Source: a virus
Lineage: Duplodnaviria; Heunggongvirae; Uroviricota; Caudoviricetes
IMG/VR virus record: IMGVR_UViG_3300037455_000543
Span: 1 to 59,135 of that record
Direction: 5' to 3' (one strand)
DNA: 59,135 nucleotides
This document shows positions 9,571-15,268 of this stretch, piece after piece. The notes beneath the pieces were generated by a model that was given only the letters and a program-made list of their open reading frames with translations, was not told the DNA's origin and searched no databases. The position numbers and the translations under genes are program-made. The first letter of the stretch is position 1. Every line of letters starts with the position of its first letter.

Positions 9571-9772
9571 TTTTCACCTTAATTTTTTAATGTTTACTTT
9601 CGGATAATCCATACTTTACGTATATCAGTTTCCTCCGCTATGGGTTTTTAATGGCTAACCCTTCCGACTTTATGACGTACACGTTTTTGAAAACCATTGT
9701 TATTTATAAAAACAATTGACAAAACAGGTATATTTTATTATATTTAAAAAAGAAAATTAATAAAGGTAAATA

Positions 9773-10222
9773 ATGCACGAAATTAAAAGTGATAATACAT
9801 TCCGCGGGCCTTCAGAAAGCATGTACTTTGATAGAAGATGTGACATTGTACATGATTTGGCTTTGAAACTTGAAGATAAAGGTTTTAAAACATACGGAAC
9901 AAATGAAGAACTCCGTTGTTATATTCCGTCACCAAAAGAAGAAAAAGAAGGAATTAATTTTAATAATCCTGGTGGTATTGTTATTGAGCCATGTTATGCA
10001 GATATGAATCATTATGGAAATATTGATGATTTCGAAAATCTTATAGTATATATTAGATCTGTTGGCTTAAAAGTAAAGACTACTATGAAAGACTTTAAAA
10101 AGACATTTGATAATAAAGGAATGGTTGTTAAAGCAATTCATGAGTATGAGTCAACCGTAGAACAATTACGTAAGACAATGCAAGATAACTTGTCAATGGC
10201 AGTTACTTTGACTAACACTTAA
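9773..10222 (+). CDS. Hypothetical protein, paralog family P (copy 1)
   Basis: Shared MH..D..R..S...VH.LA..LE..G..T.G.N.EL motif; promoter TTGACA..TATATT. Confidence 0.75.
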   Translation: MHEIKSDNTFRGPSESMYFDRRCDIVHDLALKLEDKGFKTYGTNEELRCYIPSPKEEKEGINFNNPGGIVIEPCYADMNHYGNIDDFENLIVYIRSVGLKVKTTMKDFKKTFDNKGMVVKAIHEYESTVEQLRKTMQDNLSMAVTLTNT

Positions 10223-10235
10223 TAAGGAATATAAA

Positions 10236-10667
10236 ATGCATCAACTTGTAAATGACAATCAATATCGTCCGCTTTCAGAAGCAGTCAGTTTTAGTAAAGC
10301 CCGTGATGAAGTACATGGTTTGGCAATGTATCTTGAAAAATGTGGAATTAATACTTATGGCGAGAATACAGAACTTTATGCTACTGTAAAAGTAGGTAAA
10401 TGTAAATATACAATTTATCCAAGATGGACTTTTAATAATAAAATCAGTATTAAGATTCCGTCATTAGAGACTAATTTTGAAGTGTCAAGAGATAGTCTTG
10501 GAAAGGTATTTAAACCGGGTAGTTTTGTAGTACAAGCTATTTCTGAGTATCAGGCTGCAATGGATGAATATGAAATTAAGGTTGCACCTTTTAGGCAATC
10601 ATTGAAATCAGCGGAAACTGCTTTTAAAAACAGTATCACAATGGCTGAAGAATTGGATAACGTTTAA
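10236..10667 (+). CDS. Hypothetical protein, paralog family P (copy 2)
   Basis: Same N-terminal motif and C-terminal MA..LD. Confidence 0.75.
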   Translation: MHQLVNDNQYRPLSEAVSFSKARDEVHGLAMYLEKCGINTYGENTELYATVKVGKCKYTIYPRWTFNNKISIKIPSLETNFEVSRDSLGKVFKPGSFVVQAISEYQAAMDEYEIKVAPFRQSLKSAETAFKNSITMAEELDNV

Positions 10668-10697
10668 AGGAAGAATATAAAAATAATTATTTTAGGG

Positions 10698-10726
10698 TTT
10701 ACAAAATAAAATAAATTTACTATATT
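10698..10726 (+). promoter_or_regulatory. Promoter of tRNA operon B
   Basis: TTTACA-17nt-TATATT. Confidence 0.75.
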
Positions 10727-10786
10727 TAACAGCGTAAAATAACAAAAAATTAAAAAAGAAAATCATATATAATATAAAGGTTAAAA

Positions 10787-10873
10787 ATGAAAATGCTTAG
10801 TTTAACAATCCTCCTACTCAGTAGCCTGCTCCTTAGCTGGTTATTGCGTCGTAGTATAGTGGGAACTAAGTAG
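10787..10873 (+). CDS. Attenuator leader peptide 1, MKMLSLTILLLSSLLLSWLLRRSIVGTK
   Basis: SD AAGG; 10 Leu (all six codons), 5 Ser (all AGY), 1 Trp; precedes a terminator and the Trp/Leu/Ser(GCT) tRNAs. Confidence 0.85.
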   Translation: MKMLSLTILLLSSLLLSWLLRRSIVGTK

Positions 10874-10903
10874 TTCGATTTTTTAATCGTAATGAAAGAT
10901 TTA

Positions 10904-10936
10904 AAGGTTCCCATAGGTTGGGGACCTTAATTTTTT
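10904..10936 (+). terminator. Attenuator terminator 1 (antiterminator partner GTGGGAACT 10859-10867)
   Basis: AAGGTTCCCA-TAGGT-TGGGGACCTT plus AATTTTTT; the 5' arm GGTTCCCAT can alternatively pair with 10859-10867. Confidence 0.8.
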
Positions 10937-10942
10937 ATATAT

Positions 10943-11015
10943 AGCTCTATGTGGTAATTGGTTAACCGAGGTGACTCCAAATCTCCTGTTCCCTGTTCGA
11001 ATCGGGGTAGGGCTG
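10943..11015 (+). tRNA. tRNA-Trp(CCA)
   Basis: Loop CTCCAAA, acceptor AGCTCTA/TAGGGCT, G73. Confidence 0.9.
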
Positions 11016-11021
11016 TAAAAA

Positions 11022-11095
11022 CGGTTTGTAGACCAACTGGCAGAGTCGACGCACTCAAAATGCGTGTAGTGTGGGTTCGAATCCCACTAAACCGA
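11022..11095 (+). tRNA. tRNA-Leu(CAA), short variable loop
   Basis: ACGCA-CTCAAAA-TGCGT, GTGGG-TTCGAAT-CCCAC. Confidence 0.9.
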
Positions 11096-11106
11096 TAATA
11101 AATTAA

Positions 11107-11180
11107 CGATTCGTAGACCAACTGGCAGAGTCAATGGCATGAGAGGCCATAAAGTATGAGTTCGAATCTCATCGAATCGA
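11107..11180 (+). tRNA. tRNA-Leu(GAG), short variable loop
   Basis: ATGGC-ATGAGAG-GCCAT, acceptor CGATTCG/CGAATCG. Confidence 0.88.
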
Positions 11181-11187
11181 TATATAA

Positions 11188-11261
11188 CGGTTTGTAGACC
11201 AACGGCAGGAGTCAACACGTTCAGAGCGTGTGCAGTGTGGGTTCGAATCCCACTGAACCGA
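11188..11261 (+). tRNA. tRNA-Leu(CAG), short variable loop
   Basis: ACACG-TTCAGAG-CGTGT. Confidence 0.9.
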
Positions 11262-11267
11262 GAATAA

Positions 11268-11351
11268 CGTCATGTGGAGTAATTGGTAGCCTCGCAAGAA
11301 TGAGAGTCTTGTGGTAGAAATACCGTGAGGGTTCGAGTCCCTCTGTGACGA
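11268..11351 (+). tRNA. tRNA-Leu(GAG), long variable arm
   Basis: CAAGA-ATGAGAG-TCTTG, variable arm GGTA-GAAA-TACC. Confidence 0.9.
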
Positions 11352-11360
11352 TAAAATTTT

Positions 11361-11450
11361 GGAGTTGTGCCTGAGTGGCTTATAGGGACGGTTTGCTAAA
11401 CCGTTGAGGGACGTAAAGTTCCTCCGAAGGTTCGAATCCTTCCAGCTCCG
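11361..11450 (+). tRNA. tRNA-Ser(GCT)
   Basis: ACGGT-TTGCTAA-ACCGT, long variable arm, G73. Confidence 0.93.
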
Positions 11451-11458
11451 CTAAATAA

Positions 11459-11532
11459 CGCCAGGTTACCAAATTGGCAAAGGGGCCTGACTTAGGATCA
11501 GGTATTTGCGGGTTCAAGTCCCGCTCTGGCGA
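11459..11532 (+). tRNA. tRNA-Leu(TAG), short variable loop
   Basis: CCTGA-CTTAGGA-TCAGG. Confidence 0.9.
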
Positions 11533-11535
11533 TAA

Positions 11536-11609
11536 CCGGGTCTATCCCAACAGGCAGAGGAATGGGTCTTAAAAACCTTTCAGTTTCGGTTCGAATCCGA
11601 AGATCCGGA
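11536..11609 (+). tRNA. tRNA-Leu(TAA), short variable loop
   Basis: Loop CTTAAAA, acceptor CCGGGTC/GATCCGG. Confidence 0.88.
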
Positions 11610-11643
11610 TTATAGAGAAACTTGAAAAAATTATAGTATAATT

Positions 11644-11856
11644 ATGACAAATTTTGAAATGTGAAAAGAATCACTTACCCCCGAAGAATGGGCGAGTAAG
11701 TTTGTTGAACTGGACTATTGTCCAAGATGTCCTGCATATAATTTCTGTAAAAACTGTAATATAACGAATCCAACAAATTCCGATGGAACAGTTAATACAG
11801 AAGAATGCAATAATACATGCAGAAAAAGATTTATGGCATGGGCTAATGAAAATTAA
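11644..11856 (+). pseudogene. Small Cys-rich ORF interrupted by in-frame TGA at codon 7
   Basis: MTNFEM*KESLTPEEW...CPRCPAYNFC...CRKRFMAWANEN; TGA at 11662. Confidence 0.55.
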
Positions 11857-11917
11857 GGGATTTACTATTATCGATATTTTTCCTATATTATACAATATTA
11901 AATAGGATTAAAAATCG

Positions 11918-12307
11918 ATGCATAGTATTGACCATGATTATCGTTCATATAAACGTAGTCAGAATTATGACTTGTTATGCCGTAGAGTACATGATGTTGC
12001 AGAAAGGCTTGAAAAATTGGGTTATGAAACAAATGGTTTAAATGAAGAGCTTTATATAAAGCTACATATCAGCGAAAAAGAAATATTGTATCTATATATT
12101 CATTGCACTGATGAAAATGATACGATTCAAGTTGAAGACCAACATCTGAGTATCAGGATTCCGACAGCAATAGATGATTTTCCAAAGCTGTTTAATAAAG
12201 AAAGTTATCTTGTAAAAGGATTACTTGAATATAGACAATTATTGAGGCAGTTTAGACTATCAATGACATCAAATCTTGATATGGCTATAAAAATGGATAA
12301 AATATAA
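11918..12307 (+). CDS. Hypothetical protein, paralog family P (copy 3)
   Basis: MHSIDHDYR..VHDVAERLEKLGYETNGLNEEL. Confidence 0.75.
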   Translation: MHSIDHDYRSYKRSQNYDLLCRRVHDVAERLEKLGYETNGLNEELYIKLHISEKEILYLYIHCTDENDTIQVEDQHLSIRIPTAIDDFPKLFNKESYLVKGLLEYRQLLRQFRLSMTSNLDMAIKMDKI

Positions 12308-12313
12308 AAGGGG

Positions 12314-12342
12314 TTTACAAACCGTAAATAATTTACTATATT
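12314..12342 (+). promoter_or_regulatory. Promoter of structured ncRNA
   Basis: TTTACA-17nt-TATATT; predicted start coincides with the RNA 5' stem. Confidence 0.75.
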
Positions 12343-12347
12343 ATAAA

Positions 12348-12476
12348 ATGACGATAGCTTAGTAAAGGTGCTGAAAATTCGGTTCGAGTCCGATTAAGCC
12401 ATGGAATGGTAAAAGCTGTTCGACTCAGCGTTTGATTTGTGGATTATCTGGCAGTTCGATTCTGCAGTATCGTCAT
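12348..12476 (+). ncRNA. Unknown RNA with three tRNA T-arm-like hairpins
   Basis: Closing stem ATGACGATA/TATCGTCAT; TCGG-TTCGAGT-CCGA, GCTG-TTCGACT-CAGC, GCAG-TTCGATT-CTGC. Confidence 0.7.
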
Positions 12477-12680
12477 AAAAACTTGGCGGCTCCGGAACGC
12501 ATCGTAGGACCTCTCCGAACCTAAGGCTGGTAATTCGTTTCATGTAGGAAGTTCCTCGTGAAATGCTACTTACCAATAAGCTGGACGTGCAAACTGTGCG
12601 TCACGTAGAGAATGGGATCGTATTAGCCCGTGAAGTTTGGTTATTTTCTTTGGACTTTAAAAATAACCGTTTTTTAGGGG

Positions 12681-12709
12681 TTTACAAAACAAAAGTTTTT
12701 TACTATATT
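12681..12709 (+). promoter_or_regulatory. Promoter of tRNA operon C
   Basis: TTTACA-17nt-TATATT. Confidence 0.75.
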
Positions 12710-12773
12710 TTACATCGTAAAAAACGAAAACAAGGAAAAATTTTTTATATATAATAATAAAAGGATAAAAGCA

Positions 12774-12866
12774 ATGAACTTACAGTCTTATACATCATCA
12801 TGCATTTCGATTTGTGGACAGCAGTCCTCAATTTATTGCATGTATTCCATTAAGACTGGTGGGTGA
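12774..12866 (+). CDS. Attenuator leader peptide 2, MNLQSYTSSCISICGQQSSIYCMYSIKTGG
   Basis: SD AAGGA; 7 Ser (all TCN), 3 Tyr, 3 Cys, 4 Ile, 3 Gln (all CAG), 1 internal Met, matching the downstream tRNAs. Confidence 0.85.
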   Translation: MNLQSYTSSCISICGQQSSIYCMYSIKTGG

Positions 12867-12894
12867 CACCTAGTAAATTCGTATAGAATTTTAT

Positions 12895-12929
12895 AAAGTG
12901 TCACTAAGAAAGTGACGCTTTTATTTTTT
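12895..12929 (+). terminator. Attenuator terminator 2 (antiterminator partner GGTGACAC 12862-12869, over the leader stop codon)
   Basis: AAAGTGTCACT-AAGAA-AGTGACGCTTT plus T-run. Confidence 0.82.
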
Positions 12930-13009
12930 ATTATATGACTGAACAGACCCTTGAGACGTATGTTGTATAGGAGCGTTTGTTCGGACAATCGGTGAAAATC
13001 CGATATTAT

Positions 13010-13094
13010 GGCAGTTTCGGATAGCGGCAATTCCTGGAGGCTGTAACCCTCCCGCCCTAACGGGCTTCCGTAGGTTCGAGTCCTACAGCTGTCA
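13010..13094 (+). tRNA. tRNA-Tyr(GTA)
   Basis: GGAGG-CTGTAAC-CCTCC, long variable arm. Confidence 0.92.
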
Positions 13095-13107
13095 CTAACA
13101 AATTAAT

Positions 13108-13190
13108 GGGTATGCTGATGAGTTGGAGATCATCTCCGGTCTGTAAAACCGGCGCCTACGGCTTTGGTGGTTCGAATCCACCCATACCCA
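13108..13190 (+). tRNA. tRNA-Tyr(GTA)
   Basis: CCGGT-CTGTAAA-ACCGG, acceptor GGGTATG/CATACCC. Confidence 0.92.
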
Positions 13191-13195
13191 CTACA

Positions 13196-13276
13196 GGCAG
13201 AGGATGACTGATCATCATTGGATTACTCTTGTCCTACACGGTTTCCTAGGACTAAGGATAGGGCACTCTGCTACCA
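13196..13276 (+). ncRNA. tRNA-like element with acceptor stem and ACCA end but no canonical T-arm
   Basis: GGCAGAG/CTCTGCT then A-CCA; internal hairpins GATGA/TCATC and GTCCTA/TAGGAC. Confidence 0.4.
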
Positions 13277-13407
13277 TTTAGTTCGCAGTGACGCTATGCG
13301 AAAGGGAGGAATCCTAAAATAGCGGTCGTGTTTGTGAGGTAAACAAGGTGGTAGGCCACTAAAGTTTTTCGGTATCTTTGGGTAAAAACCGTAGAAAAGT
13401 TTTTTAT

Positions 13408-13495
13408 GCGCTCTTGGGTCGAGCCTGGCCGAAGACCACAGTCTGCAAAACTGTTGTGAGAAATCACCGCGTTGGTTCAAATCCAACAGAGCGCT
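13408..13495 (+). tRNA. tRNA-Cys(GCA) with long variable arm
   Basis: ACAGT-CTGCAAA-ACTGT, acceptor GCGCTCT/AGAGCGC, U73, variable arm GTGA-GAAA-TCAC. Confidence 0.88.
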
Positions 13496-13502
13496 CTAAA
13501 TA

Positions 13503-13564
13503 GCATAAGAAGTTCCTATACGCCCAGTGGGCATCCGACTTGAAATCAGACTAATTACTTCTCG
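13503..13564 (+). ncRNA. Structured motif shared with the TerD-gene 5' UTR
   Basis: GCATA-AGAAGT-TCCT...CTAATT-ACTTCT-CGC. Confidence 0.55.
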
Positions 13565-13607
13565 CTATTGCGCTTTTAGACTTAGTACGCGTCAAAAAGT
13601 CACTCTT

Positions 13608-13683
13608 CCCGGAGTAGCTCAGTTGGTTCAGTAGCGTTTGAATCATAATCAAAAGGTCGTTGGTTCAAGTCCAACCTCCGGGA
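13608..13683 (+). tRNA. tRNA with CAT anticodon (elongator Met, or Ile2)
   Basis: TTTGA-ATCATAA-TCAAA, acceptor CCCGGAG/CTCCGGG; no initiator features. Confidence 0.88.
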
Positions 13684-13930
13684 CTAAGGATTAGAATTGT
13701 TCCTTAAACAATCAGGATATAGACGAAACAGTCCTTGTTCGTAAAATAATTACTTACAAAGCCTCTCTTGATCCAGTCAATCGATGGATATACTGGTAAG
13801 GAAAATTTACATAGGTGCTAAATTGTTAGACGTATAAGCAGTGAAATTTTAGAGTATGAAAGACTAAGACTGAAGTCGCTATTTAATGTAACACTGGTTA
13901 GAACAAAAACTAAATAAATAGAACTATTAT

Positions 13931-14012
13931 CGGCATATAGTGTAATTGGTTAACACGCCCGTCTGATACGCGGGAAACGATGCTTGTCCTAGTTCGAGTC
14001 TAGGTATGCCGA
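13931..14012 (+). tRNA. tRNA-Ile(GAT), enlarged variable region
   Basis: CCCGT-CTGATAC-GCGGG, acceptor CGGCATA/TATGCCG. Confidence 0.85.
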
Positions 14013-14016
14013 CTAT

Positions 14017-14093
14017 CCACAGGCAATAAGCCGATTGGTGCGGCAGCAAGTCTGATAAACTTGTAAGTGTTTGTTCAAGTCAAACTCTGTGGA
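14017..14093 (+). tRNA. tRNA-Ile(GAT), atypical acceptor-D connector
   Basis: CAAGT-CTGATAA-ACTTG, GTTTG-TTCAAGT-CAAAC. Confidence 0.75.
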
Positions 14094-14104
14094 CTAAAAA
14101 TTAT

Positions 14105-14189
14105 TGAGGATTAACCCTAATGGTAAGGGCCTGGTTTGGAATGCCAGCGTGGGTTTACTCACTTGAAAGTTCGAGTCTTTCATCCTCAG
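14105..14189 (+). tRNA. tRNA-Ser(GGA)
   Basis: CTGGT-TTGGAAT-GCCAG, long variable arm, G73. Confidence 0.9.
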
Positions 14190-14591
14190 CTAATAAATAA
14201 GAAAAGCTATAGGTATCATAACAGACTGTCGGAACCTATACACGTAGCATGCAACGTCGAAGATAAGGTCTAAGATTTATAAGTTTGGGAAAAGGTAAAC
14301 TTATACAGCACGGTTCACTGTGAACTATGAACCATTTTTTAGAATTTGTTTAATTATACTTCTCGATAAAGTATATAATTCATGGTTTGTACAGACTATG
14401 ATTAAATGCGGTGCCCGGCGGTCGGGACTGGCCGAAATCGAAAATGTATCTAGTGATCCTAATAAGTAGTTCTTAAAGGGTGAAACTCTAGTTGCCTTCG
14501 GCTTCGTAAAATGGAGTTCAAACGAAGTCATCCCGGTTTCTGGAATGGTCTACCAAGACAAGTGCCTAACTAGCTCAAGAAACCATTTTAT

Positions 14592-14679
14592 GGCGGTGTG
14601 GCCGAGTGGTTTATGGCTTCCGATTTGAAATCGGACGTGGGTTAACAGCCCACCGTGGGTTCGAATCCTACCACCGCCT
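14592..14679 (+). tRNA. tRNA-Ser(TGA)
   Basis: TCCGA-TTTGAAA-TCGGA, long variable arm. Confidence 0.92.
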
Positions 14680-14688
14680 CGAATTTTT

Positions 14689-14772
14689 GGAAGTGTCCCG
14701 CAACTGGTGGCGGAGCTGCTTCGAACGCAGTGAGTCAGAGATGACTTGGAGGTTCGAATCCTTTCACTTCCG
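14689..14772 (+). tRNA. tRNA-Ser(CGA)
   Basis: GCTGC-TTCGAAC-GCAGT, long variable arm, G73. Confidence 0.9.
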
Positions 14773-14782
14773 TTGTTTTTAT

Positions 14783-14853
14783 TGCCGGTTGGTGTAATGG
14801 CAGCACAGGGGTCTCTGAAGCCCTTAGCATTCGATCGTAACGAGTACCGGCAA
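14783..14853 (+). tRNA. tRNA-Gln(CTG), non-canonical T-loop
   Basis: GGGGT-CTCTGAA-GCCCT, U1-A72, T-loop ATCGTAA. Confidence 0.85.
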
Positions 14854-15040
14854 CTATGCTATATGAGTAGTTTAAAATGGCAACTCACCATTTTAGATGA
14901 AAGAGATATAGACCGTAAAGGACAATGCGTTATCAACCCCGCTGGCACGGCGGTCAGGTGGAGACCGGTGTATTTTTAAGATTTTCAAATAAAAATATCG
15001 TTCATAATCTTGAACGATATTTTTTTATATTTGTATTACT

Positions 15041-15268
15041 ATGAATAAAGAATTAGATACAGAAATTGATAATATTATTGAAACTATGGAAGACGATGAT
15101 TCCGGTTTCGTTTTTAATAAACATATCGCAACATATATTTTTGGAATAGCGATGGGAATTCTTATTTCTCTTGTTATTATCGCTGGTATTGGTGAGTCAC
15201 AGCTTGAACATAAGAATTTTAATGACGTTATTACTTCAACAGAAATTATTCAAACAGAGGGAAATTAA
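15041..15268 (+). CDS. Small membrane protein
   Basis: One TM helix. Confidence 0.7.
   Translation: MNKELDTEIDNIIETMEDDDSGFVFNKHIATYIFGIAMGILISLVIIAGIGESQLEHKNFNDVITSTEIIQTEGN

Noticed and set aside
10787-10873. Leader 1 as a holin or type I toxin-like membrane peptide
   Set aside because: It is hydrophobic, but use of all six Leu codons, AGY-only Ser, the overlapping antiterminator and a non-hydrophobic parallel leader at 12774 favour an attenuator; not formally excluded
12348-12640. tmRNA, RNase P or T-box identity for this structured region
   Set aside because: No tag ORF or Ala acceptor, no RNase P conserved GAGGAAAGUCC motif and no T-box UGGNACC bulge seen
10927-14979. Short ORFs in the track overlapping the tRNA clusters (10927, 12394, 12563, 12833, 13271, 14325, 14606, 14746; also 8-196)
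   Set aside because: They overlap clear tRNA cloverleafs or structured RNA and are most likely spurious
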